Shown here: piece by piece, positions 54,339 to 64,000 of the stretch | Numbering within the stretch: the first letter of the stretch is position 1 | Layout of the letters: every line of letters starts with the position of its first letter | Assembly: GCA_001661245.1 (NCBI GenBank) | Contig: KV454012.1 | Coordinates: 1,724,418-1,788,417 of the forward strand | Reading direction: 5' to 3' | DNA from: Pachysolen tannophilus NRRL Y-2460 | Lineage: Eukaryota | DNA: 64,000 nt | Position numbers and translations under genes: made by a program | Notes under the pieces: model-generated | Database searches by the model: none | What the model saw: only the letters and a program-made list of their open reading frames with translations | Told to the model about the DNA's origin: nothing

Positions 54339-56780
54339 ATGCCTGATTCTAATGGTGATGAGCTTGAGAAGTTATTTGATTCGCTAAGGATAACTGGCAA
54401 CAAGAATGGTGGTGATAGTGGTGGGTTTTCGAACAAGATTTATCGGTCATTGCTGCCTCCAAGAAGAAATCATTTGAGTCTTAAAAAAAACGATGAAGAG
54501 TTGAAGAAAGCTCTTGGTAGATCCAGAGAGAATGGAAATGATAGTCATGGCCGTGTTTCTAATCGTGACCATGATCATTTCAGGAAATCGGATTTTGTTA
54601 ATTCTGAAAAAAAAAATGCTAGTACAGGTTCTTGTGACAATGATTACAGGAAAACTGGAAATACTGGTAGTATTGGTAATAGTGATGATTTTTTCAAAGC
54701 AATTCCAACAAATGATCCTAGCTGGGGTCACAAAAAATTGGATATTAACAAAATTAGGTCTTTGAATCGTATAACACCTCCTAAGGATGAGTATAATCCA
54801 AGAGATGTAATACGACATGATAGGTGGTCTAAATATTCTAATGGAAAATCTTTTGGATCTTTACTGCCTAAGGAAGGTGAAAATGTTTTAAATAAAAAGA
54901 CTCCAATAAATCAAATTGAATCTGTAATTTCAGACTTGGCAGTGGAAGAAGAAACAAAAGAATCAGAGATCACGTTGAAGCCTGAAGATTTTGAAATTCA
55001 AGGATTAAATGTTAAGTTATTTCCTCATCAAGTAAATGGATTAAGATTTTTACAGAAAAGAGAAAGTATGGATGAAATATTTAAAGGTGGAATGTTATGC
55101 GATGATATGGGATTAGGTAAAACTGTACAAACGTTGGCATTAATTGTTTCTAATAAACCGACTGAAACAGATTTAAAGACAATTGATGAATTGAAATTAA
55201 AAGCGACTTTAATAATATGTCCAGTAGCATTAGCAAGCCAATGGAAGGATGAGGCAGAAAGTAAATGTCCTGGAATAAAAGTATTAATTTTCCATGGTCC
55301 AAAGAGAACAGACTCAATAACAGAATTAGGCAAGTACGATATTGTAATTACTTCTTATTTAACAGTTGTTTCTGAATTTGACAAGGCGAAATCGTCATCA
55401 CCTCTTTATAAAGGTGTATGGTGGAGAATTGTGTTAGATGAGGCTCATATAATTAAAAATAAGAAAACAAAAATGGCAATTGCTTGCTGCAATTTGAAAT
55501 CATTTAAAAGATTTTGTTTAACAGGGACACCTGTTCAAAATAATATAGATGAATTACAATCGTTATTTGTTTTCTTGAGAATCAATAAATATGCTAATAT
55601 TGATGTATGGACGTCAGAAATTAAAAATTTAATAAAAGAATCACAAACGGAGAAGCTGTTGAATCTTTTGAGTAAAGAATTGAAACAAATGATGTTAAGG
55701 AGAACGAAAGCTGTTCTAAATGCTTCTAACAATAGTGGGTTTGAGTTACCACAAAAGAAAATTCATAGGATTTTAATAAAATTCTATCCTTCAGAAAGAA
55801 AATTATACAGGGCAATTGAAGCCAAAATTTTGAATAATATTGGAGATGATTTTGGTAAACTGGATGGTGGATTAGAATTAGGGCCTGAATTTGATTCTGT
55901 TAAATCATCATTTAAATTAAAAGATTTTAAATCTTCCGAGACTAAAAATGGTGGAACTAGTTATATTTATACTTTAGTTTATTTATTGAGATTACGTCAA
56001 GTAGCTTGTCATTGGAAACTTTTATTTGAAAATAATCCTGATAATGAGGAGACAGTTCATACTGAATTAACGACAAATTCTAAAAGCGATTCTGGTGGAA
56101 ATGATTTAGATCAACTATTTGATTCTTTATCGATAAATACCAACAATTGTGAAATTTGTATGAGTAAGATTGAGAATTCTTCAAATAAATTATGTGCTAA
56201 TTGTTTAAATATGCTTAAACCCCCACTTGAATCTAAAAGCTTGATTTCAAATGCAAAAGTTGATAAATTATTATCTATATTATCGGAACAGAAAACACGC
56301 AAAACAATCATTTTTTCGGAATTTACCAAGATGTTGAGTATATTAGAAACAACTTTGAAATCACAAGGTTTTAAAGTAGTGAAATATATTGGATCCATGA
56401 ATCGATTACAACGAGATGAAGTATTGACCAAGATGAAAACCGACCCAAATACAACGATTATGTTATGCTCTTTAAAATGTGCTTCACTAGGTTTAAATTT
56501 GACATGTGCCTCACGAGTTATACTATACAACCCACACTATAACCCTGCCATAATTGACCAAGCCATTGATAGAGTCTATAGACTAGGTCAGACACAGGCT
56601 GTGGATGTATATGAATTAATTGTTGACGATAGCATTGAATTGAAAATATCGGAATTACAAGACAAGAAAAGAGCCCTAGCTCGGGCCGTTGCTGATGGAG
56701 ATGAAACGGCAAAACTCAAGCTAGTCTCCAAATTGACAAGGGAAGAACTAAAGACATTAATGTTTGGACCAGACAGATAA
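54339..56780 (+). CDS. SNF2-family ATPase, Rad5/Rad16/Uls1-like subfamily
   Basis: GGMLCDDMGLGKT, RIVLDEAH, LTGTPVQN, LLRLRQ, GLNLTCASRV, QAIDRVYRLGQ; reduced Cys cluster CEIC..LCANC. Confidence 0.92.
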   Translation: MPDSNGDELEKLFDSLRITGNKNGGDSGGFSNKIYRSLLPPRRNHLSLKKNDEELKKALGRSRENGNDSHGRVSNRDHDHFRKSDFVNSEKKNASTGSCDNDYRKTGNTGSIGNSDDFFKAIPTNDPSWGHKKLDINKIRSLNRITPPKDEYNPRDVIRHDRWSKYSNGKSFGSLLPKEGENVLNKKTPINQIESVISDLAVEEETKESEITLKPEDFEIQGLNVKLFPHQVNGLRFLQKRESMDEIFKGGMLCDDMGLGKTVQTLALIVSNKPTETDLKTIDELKLKATLIICPVALASQWKDEAESKCPGIKVLIFHGPKRTDSITELGKYDIVITSYLTVVSEFDKAKSSSPLYKGVWWRIVLDEAHIIKNKKTKMAIACCNLKSFKRFCLTGTPVQNNIDELQSLFVFLRINKYANIDVWTSEIKNLIKESQTEKLLNLLSKELKQMMLRRTKAVLNASNNSGFELPQKKIHRILIKFYPSERKLYRAIEAKILNNIGDDFGKLDGGLELGPEFDSVKSSFKLKDFKSSETKNGGTSYIYTLVYLLRLRQVACHWKLLFENNPDNEETVHTELTTNSKSDSGGNDLDQLFDSLSINTNNCEICMSKIENSSNKLCANCLNMLKPPLESKSLISNAKVDKLLSILSEQKTRKTIIFSEFTKMLSILETTLKSQGFKVVKYIGSMNRLQRDEVLTKMKTDPNTTIMLCSLKCASLGLNLTCASRVILYNPHYNPAIIDQAIDRVYRLGQTQAVDVYELIVDDSIELKISELQDKKRALARAVADGDETAKLKLVSKLTREELKTLMFGPDR

Positions 56781-56793
56781 ATCACCAAATACT

Positions 56794-56824
<31 letters not shown>

Positions 56825-57274
56825 GCAATATGATGATGGTACATCATCGTACACCAAACTCGTAGTAGTTAACGTAGTTAACGTAGTTAACAAATGTTTT
56901 CCTCTTTTGGAACACTTGGCTTTCAAATGCACTACTTTGGTTTTTTATACATATTTTTTCCCACCAAATTACATCAAATTACACCAAAAGAGAGAAAGAG
57001 CGCGTGAACGGTTGACCGGCTGATTCTTTTGACCGAATAAATTTGAGGAGAAAACCTTTAAGGAATACATGAATTTATCACTTTTAAGCTATTATACAAA
57101 CAATTAGATATATATACATTTATGTTGTATATAAAGTGTCCGACGTCTCCTATTTGATTAATTTTCTTTTAATTTAACTTATTTTATTTTTAAAAGGGAA
57201 AAAAGAAAAAAGAAAAAAGACAAGAAATTTATTTTTATAAAAGAATGAGTTCAACTAACATAAGTAATTTTAAA

Positions 57275-58090
57275 ATGGTTTGCGATACTGTAATTTATCA
57301 TCCAACTTTGGTTAGATTGAAAAAATTTTTAGATGCTACTGGTAAGTTTTAATTGAAGAATTTGGGAAAGAGAAGGTTTTTTTTTTCCCATTTGTATTGT
57401 ATCATTATTACTAATATTTTAATGTAAATAGCTGGAAGAGAGAAGGCACTTCGTCTTCTTCAATATTTGTGTCGGTTTTTATCTTATTATTGTTATCAAA
57501 AAGGTTTTAATCTTGACACAATTCAATTGTTTAAAAAAATCCAAGGCATTATAACAACTAACAGGAAGGCCTTGAGATTCTTAAAGCCATTGAATCATTT
57601 GACAAATGCTTCCAAGACTTTTGATAATAAATTAATGGATAGTATCTTACGTTATACTGCAGTTTCAAAAGATATTGCATACGTTTTTTATTTATCTTTA
57701 GATTCAATTAATTGGTTCAAGATGTTAGGTATTATATCCCATAAAAAATTCCCTAAAAATCAAAAATATACAAATTGGTGTTGGTGTATTGGGTTAATAT
57801 CTGGATTATTAAATGATTTAAGAAAAATTCAAATATCTCATGAAAAGAAAGTTGCCTTATTGAAATGTGAAGATGAGAAAAAAGACGAAAAAGAAGTGAA
57901 AATCTTGCTACTGGATGCTATTAAACTAGGTCATACTGCAAAGAGAAGACTATGTTGGGATTTGTTAGATATCTTTATTGTTTTAAATAACTTGAAATTC
58001 TTAAACTTTGATGACGGCCTGATTGGTGGTGCAGGTGTGATCACCTCAATCTTGGGTCTACAGGACATTTGGAGTAACATAAAAGTATGA
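57275..58090 (+). CDS. PEX11: Peroxin Pex11; two exons (57275-57341, 57432-58090)
   Basis: MVCDTVIYHPTL..FLDAT/AGREKALRLLQY; intron 57342-57431 with GTAAGT, TACTAAT and TAG; additional in-frame ATG at 57245. Confidence 0.95.
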
Positions 58091-58465
58091 CCCAAAAACA
58101 ACCAAAGCTAGACTTTTTCATTTTTTCATCTATTTTTTTTCCCACCTCTTTGCCCTCATATAAAATGTAACTTTTATTTTATAATATATATTCCAAAGTA
58201 TATTAGTACTGTGATATACATTTGGTTATTATAGAAAAACAACAGTAGTGCACAAACGTACAAAAACATTATCTTTTTTTTTTCTTTTTTTTTTGCTGAT
58301 TTTTTCATCATCAACAAAAATATCATTTAATCTCTCTGTAACCATAATATAAATAAATCTTTATTAAATTTTATTAGGAAATATTGTATTTATCTATCTT
58401 TATATATATATGTGTATATATATATATCTATATATGTATATGTATATGTATATATATTGTTAATA

Positions 58466-61400
58466 ATGGCGGTTAGATTAAATAGTAATGGAAGCTCTTT
58501 ATTGTTGAGTTCTGAGTTTTACTCGAGTCAGCTATCAGATTCTCAAAAACAAGAAACTGAAAAATATAATACTGTTGATATTTCTATTAAAGATAGTGAA
58601 GGTGAAATTGTTACTATAGATTTGACTGATGAATTACCGGATCCATCTGAGATTTCGACGTTATTGACTAATGAAAATTGTGGGATTGAGATTTGGTTAT
58701 CAATTGCCAAGAGTTATGCGGTGAATAATAAAATTGATGAAGCGTTAGAAGTAATTGATAATGCTTTAAAAGCTCCATATATTGTTGATGTTCCAAATTT
58801 TAATAAAGTTGGTTTTAATAATTTACTTATTTGGATTTATTTGAAAAAAAATGATTTAGCTAGTGCTATTCAAGAATCTAATAATGTTAATCAAATTGGT
58901 ATTTCAACAGTTAATTTAATTGCACGAGGCATTTTAAATTTGAAAAATAATAATATTGAAGTTGCTTATGAAAATTTTGATAGAATTTTGAAAAAACAAC
59001 CAAATAATTGTTATGCATTATTAGGTAAAGCTAATGTTTTATTTCATAGGAAAAATTATTCTCATGCTTTAAAATTATATCAACATGTTTTAACTTTAAA
59101 TCCTTTAATGAAACCTGATCCAAGATTAGGTATTGGATTATGTTTTTGGTCTTTAAACAATAAAAATTTAGCTGCAAAAGCTTGGCAAAATTCTTTAAAA
59201 GTTAATCCTAATAATAATTTAGAAGCTAAGATATTAATAACTTTACATAAATTGGATGATACTTTTATAAATTCAAATGATGATAAAGAATTTGATGAAA
59301 ATTATAATGAATCTTTAACGTTATTGAATTCATCATTAAAAGAATCAAATTCAAATCCAGTACTATTATTAGTATTGAGTTCATATTATTTTTCACATGA
59401 AGATTATGATACAGTTGAAAAATTATGTACTAGTATTATTAAAAGTGATTCACAAAATTTACCAAATGTATTAAGTGAAGCAAATTTTTGGTTAGCAAGA
59501 TGTTATTTTGCTAAAAAAGATTTCATTAATTCTACCAGAATTTTCCATGATGCTATTAAACTTAATGATGCTAATGTCTTGGCTAAAATTGGAATGGTTC
59601 AATCTCAAATCGCAAGAAGATCATTTGAAGAAGCTATTATCTCTTTAGAGAATCTTATAAAAACCAATGGGAAACTTGCAGAACCAAATTATCTTATGGG
59701 ATTATTATATAATCATAAAAAACATAATTCAAAAGCGATTCAGTTTTTAGAAAAATATGTAAACTTGGCAACGGAAGAGAAAGAACAAATCCATGTTAAT
59801 GCTTATTTGACTTTATCTGAATTATATGAAAGTACAGATTTAAATAAATCTTTGGAATATTTATCTAAATCAATAGAATTGTTTCAGGCTTACCCAGATC
59901 AGGAAATTCCACTTGAACTTTTCAATAATATTGGTGTTTTCTATTATTTAAAAGGTAATTTTGAATCATCCATTAAATTTTTTGAAACTGCATTAGAAAA
60001 AGTATCTCCTCAAAATCCAGAACTTAAAGTCTCTGTTAATTATAATAGGACAAGAGTTTTAGAAACTTCTAACATAACCCAAGCAGAGGAAATTTATTTA
60101 ACAATATTGGATAAAGTTCCTTTGTATTTATCAGCAAAATTAAGATTATTATTATTATCTTGCCTATCCAAGAAAGATGAATTACCTGAATTGTATAAAG
60201 AAGTTGAAGAATTGTTAGAAAGTAACCAAGATGTTATGGAAGTTAGATCATTTTACGGTTGGTTTATAAAGAAGTTTGGTAAGACTTTACAGTTAGATAA
60301 AGATTTGGAAAGTAGGCATCATAAGGAAACTTTGATGAAATATAGTTCCCATGATTCATTTGCATTAATAAGTTTAGGTAATGCTTATTTATCCATAGCA
60401 AAAGAAATTAGACCAAACTCAAGAGAACTAGAAGATAAGAAAAATCAATATTATGTTAGAGCTACACAGTTGTTTCAAAAAGTCTTATCTTTAGATAAAA
60501 AGAATTTATATGCTGCACAAGGTTTAGCAATAACTTTAGCTGAATTAAAACATTATAATTTGGCTTTAGAAATTTTCAGAAAATTGAAAAATGATATGAC
60601 AAAGAATGAATCTACAAATCATGATATTTCTATATATTTGAATTTGGGTAATTTATTGATTATAAACAGGAATTATTCCAAGGCAATTGAAAATTATGAG
60701 CAAGCGTTAAAGATGACGGACAGTAAAGATTCCAAGATTTTGTCATTAATTGGTAGGGCTTGGTTGTTAAGAGGTTTCCAAGAAAAATCTCATGAATCTT
60801 TTAAAAAATCTTTAGAATACTCGGAGAAGGCTTATATCTTAAATAAGATTCCAGCTTTGAAATTCAATATTGCATTTGTTCAATTTCAGATAGCAGAATT
60901 CATTAAGAAATTACCACCTCAAAAGAGAAATCTTTCAATGATTGAAGAATCATTAGTTGGATTAGAAGAAGCAATTAAGAGTTTACTCGAATTAGCACAA
61001 TTACCTGATGCTCCATATTCTTCAGAAGAATTAAAGTCAAGAGTTTCTATGGGATCAGGAACTATCAAGAACCAATTAGAAAGATTGTTACAAGAACAAA
61101 AAGAATACGAAGTTAATTTCAGCAATAAATTAAAAGAAGCCAAGAAATTACAGGAAGAAGAACGATTGAAGATTTTGAAAGAACAAGAGGAATCTAAAGA
61201 AAAGGAAAGATTAGCAACAGAGCAATTAGTTGAGCAAAGAAAGAAATTGGATCAACAAGCCCAAGAATGGTTAGAGCAATTGAGAGATAATGAAAAGGAT
61301 GAAAATGATATCCTAGATGATCAAGCTGCCCCAGACGATGATGCAGTTGCTACCAGGAAATCTACCAAGAAGACAACAAACAATGGCTCGACAAGTGGCA

Positions 61401-61714
61401 CGAAAAAGAAGTTATCGAAAAAGAGAAAAATCATAGTATCTGACAATGAAGATTCTGCCTCTTCAACTGCTGAATCTGACCTTGAAGATGACGACAACTC
61501 TCTGCAAAACGAAAACAACGGTGAGCACAAAAAGGCCTCTAAAAATGGAGGAAAGCAAACAAATTCTACCAAGAAAAAGAAGAGAAAGTTGGTTGCTGCT
61601 TCTGCAAGCCCATCCAAGAAGTCTCAGTTATCTAACGATTTTATCTTGGATAGTGATGAAGAGTTGGAAGATGAAAAATTTGAAGAAGATGAAGAGGAGA
61701 ATACTGACAAATAG
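58466..61714 (+). CDS. CTR9: Paf1 complex TPR subunit Ctr9
   Basis: Many TPRs, PDPRLGIGLCFW, NLYAAQGLAI, KFNIAFVQFQIAE, charged tail LSNDFILDSDEE. Confidence 0.95.
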   Translation: MAVRLNSNGSSLLLSSEFYSSQLSDSQKQETEKYNTVDISIKDSEGEIVTIDLTDELPDPSEISTLLTNENCGIEIWLSIAKSYAVNNKIDEALEVIDNALKAPYIVDVPNFNKVGFNNLLIWIYLKKNDLASAIQESNNVNQIGISTVNLIARGILNLKNNNIEVAYENFDRILKKQPNNCYALLGKANVLFHRKNYSHALKLYQHVLTLNPLMKPDPRLGIGLCFWSLNNKNLAAKAWQNSLKVNPNNNLEAKILITLHKLDDTFINSNDDKEFDENYNESLTLLNSSLKESNSNPVLLLVLSSYYFSHEDYDTVEKLCTSIIKSDSQNLPNVLSEANFWLARCYFAKKDFINSTRIFHDAIKLNDANVLAKIGMVQSQIARRSFEEAIISLENLIKTNGKLAEPNYLMGLLYNHKKHNSKAIQFLEKYVNLATEEKEQIHVNAYLTLSELYESTDLNKSLEYLSKSIELFQAYPDQEIPLELFNNIGVFYYLKGNFESSIKFFETALEKVSPQNPELKVSVNYNRTRVLETSNITQAEEIYLTILDKVPLYLSAKLRLLLLSCLSKKDELPELYKEVEELLESNQDVMEVRSFYGWFIKKFGKTLQLDKDLESRHHKETLMKYSSHDSFALISLGNAYLSIAKEIRPNSRELEDKKNQYYVRATQLFQKVLSLDKKNLYAAQGLAITLAELKHYNLALEIFRKLKNDMTKNESTNHDISIYLNLGNLLIINRNYSKAIENYEQALKMTDSKDSKILSLIGRAWLLRGFQEKSHESFKKSLEYSEKAYILNKIPALKFNIAFVQFQIAEFIKKLPPQKRNLSMIEESLVGLEEAIKSLLELAQLPDAPYSSEELKSRVSMGSGTIKNQLERLLQEQKEYEVNFSNKLKEAKKLQEEERLKILKEQEESKEKERLATEQLVEQRKKLDQQAQEWLEQLRDNEKDENDILDDQAAPDDDAVATRKSTKKTTNNGSTSGTKKKLSKKRKIIVSDNEDSASSTAESDLEDDDNSLQNENNGEHKKASKNGGKQTNSTKKKKRKLVAASASPSKKSQLSNDFILDSDEELEDEKFEEDEEENTDK

Positions 61715-62096
61715 AATTTTCAAGATGTGTATTTTATCTAATATCTGAAAGCTGAGCTAACTAACTATTTTTAAATTTTTCCAAAATTCCTTTCTCAACG
61801 TTTTTTATTGTACTATTATGTTAATACACTTATTACTTCTGTTATTATTTTTTAATTCTCCATATACTGATTGTAGGTTTTCTGCTTTTTTCTTTTTTGG
61901 GTTTTACCTGTGTTTTCCGGAGACGGAGAAGTATTGACTAAAATGTTCTCCGAGATGACTGAAATTATCTTCTCCGCGAAGTTAAAAATTTTTCTTCAGA
62001 TTTTTATCTGTAGGTGAAGAAGAAGAAGAGGAAGGGTATTACAACTAATTAACTGATAATTTGTTATTGGAAGATTGTACTGAAACTGTTACTTTC

Positions 62097-63707
62097 ATGC
62101 CTGTTGATGATATGGAGAACTCAAGAAATGAGATGAGTTGTACGCGTCTTTATATTGGTGGTATTTCTCCACAGTTAGCGGAGAATATTGAAGAGCTAGA
62201 AGATAGGTTATCAAGATATGGGAATATAAAATCATCTATAGAATTGCATAGGAAGCCCACAATTGATAATTTTTTCGGTTTTGTTGATATTGAAATCTTA
62301 CCAGAGAAGTTAGCTGATGTGAAAAGGACTTTGAGTGGTTTTAAATTTATGAATTCTAGATTACTGATAAATGTGAGTGATAAGGGTTTTAAGGAACGGT
62401 GGAAGGAAGATGCTGAGAGACCTGATTTGTTAGCTGAGGATAGAATAAAGAGAAACAAAATAGCGTTGGCAAGACAGGAAAGAATTGAAAATAGGAATGT
62501 ATTTATTAGAGAAGGGGTTTTGGTGAAAGGTAGATTAAGAAAGACCCCGAGAAAGAATTTGAAGAATTTAACTTTTAAAGTTGAAATAAATGGACGAATA
62601 AAAATTTTCAAATGTCAAAAGAAAAAGCTTTGGGGTGTTGATAAGAACAGAAAAATTAGGGATTTGACTTTTAAATTTGTAAATAACCAATGGAGAGATG
62701 GTAATGATCATGTAATTGAAAGTTTAGAATTGAAAAATAATTTACAAAAAATATTATTGGGAGGTGATATTGTTGAAGCGAAAAATTTAGAATTATCATT
62801 GGATGACACTGAAAATAATGAAGAAGAATTACTGGAAGAGAAAAAAAGAAATAACAAGATATTGGAAAATTTGTTTTCGCAATTTGATTTTGAAAAACCT
62901 GTTGCTGTAGAAGATATTGATGCCAAAGAATCATCTGGTGAGTCAGAATATGAATATGAAGCTGTTTATAATAGCGATGATCAGGATAAGAACGAAACAG
63001 ATTCATATGGTGTTCCGGAGAAATCATGCACTTCTAATAACTTGCTTGAAGATTTTTTGAAATCTAACCCTATGAATCCAGAAAAAAAACCGTTTGATGA
63101 ACAAGAAGAAGAAGAAGATGATGATGATGATGAAATTTACAAGCAAGTAGAAAGTGATCATGAAAAAGTTGAGGAGAATTTGAAAAAGGCAGTTCAAGAT
63201 ACTGATGAAGAATTCATCCCGACATTTACCAAGAGTATTGAGAAAACAGACATAGAAGAAAATCAAACGGAAAAATTGAGAAGTTTATTAAATCCGGCTG
63301 CTTCAGAGAAGACATCTTCTTCTTTCAAATTATCTGTGGATTCTGATATTGAAGAAGAAAATGACATGAATTATGAGAGTCATAATAATAATAATGGGAG
63401 CGTAACAGCAACGCTATTATCATCAAAGGAATTAAAAGAGATTCAGAAAGTGCAAAATGATGCCAAGCTCTCTTTATTAACATCTGTAAAAAAATCAACA
63501 CATGGTTTGTTTTTTCTGCATTTTGACTCTCCATTTTTAGTGGCTCAATCACAGTTATCTAAATTGGATGTTGGAAGCACACATTCAACTGAAAATTATG
63601 ATGAATGGTTTTACGAAAACAGAGGTCTGCTTAATAGAGAATTTAAAAGAAAAAGAAGAGATGTATTGAGACAGTATAAAAAAAAAATAGTCATTCATCA
63701 AATATGA
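62097..63707 (+). CDS. NOP8: Nucleolar RRM protein Nop8
   Basis: RLYIGGISP RRM, KKKLWG, WRDGNDHVIE, TEKLRSL, GLFF.HFDSPFLVAQSQ; start codon uncertain. Confidence 0.85.
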   Translation: MPVDDMENSRNEMSCTRLYIGGISPQLAENIEELEDRLSRYGNIKSSIELHRKPTIDNFFGFVDIEILPEKLADVKRTLSGFKFMNSRLLINVSDKGFKERWKEDAERPDLLAEDRIKRNKIALARQERIENRNVFIREGVLVKGRLRKTPRKNLKNLTFKVEINGRIKIFKCQKKKLWGVDKNRKIRDLTFKFVNNQWRDGNDHVIESLELKNNLQKILLGGDIVEAKNLELSLDDTENNEEELLEEKKRNNKILENLFSQFDFEKPVAVEDIDAKESSGESEYEYEAVYNSDDQDKNETDSYGVPEKSCTSNNLLEDFLKSNPMNPEKKPFDEQEEEEDDDDDEIYKQVESDHEKVEENLKKAVQDTDEEFIPTFTKSIEKTDIEENQTEKLRSLLNPAASEKTSSSFKLSVDSDIEEENDMNYESHNNNNGSVTATLLSSKELKEIQKVQNDAKLSLLTSVKKSTHGLFFLHFDSPFLVAQSQLSKLDVGSTHSTENYDEWFYENRGLLNREFKRKRRDVLRQYKKKIVIHQI

Positions 63708-63849
63708 TGATTTAAACTTGATGTGTTTTAAGTCTTGTAAATTATGTTTTAGATAAATGAAATGTTGTTTTTTTTTTTTTTTTTTTTCTAAAAAACTTTT
63801 TGAATTTTTATTTCAAGAAATACCATAAATGTAAATAAGTTTCCTTGAT

Positions 63850-64000
<151 letters not shown>

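Noticed and set aside
57009..57035. Oleate response element in the PEX11 promoter
   Set aside because: CGG/CCG spacings are 13 and 21 nt and the TNA core is missing; it does not fit the consensus.

Overview
AT-rich, gene-dense chromosomal region of a budding yeast (Saccharomycotina). It holds about 33 mostly housekeeping protein genes, six short spliceosomal introns near gene 5' ends, one intron-containing tRNA-Lys(UUU), many microsatellites and one N-gap. Gene names come from motifs I recognise by eye; no searches were run. CTG codons fall at positions where homologues have Ala and inside Gln/Ala and Pro/Ala tracts, so the genome very likely uses the CUG=Ala code (table 26, Pachysolen-like clade); the supplied translations are wrong at CTG. 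The most unusual observation is at two convergent gene pairs, small ORF/NUP53 (~1.5-1.7 kb) and SPT20/DCP1 (~47.35-47.77 kb). In each, the final coding segment of one gene lies on the opposite strand, so the DNA between the converging genes appears inverted and the 3' ends swapped. Short inverted duplications (CAAT, ATAT) mark the junctions. Four reading-frame breaks sit in homopolymer runs and are probably sequencing errors.
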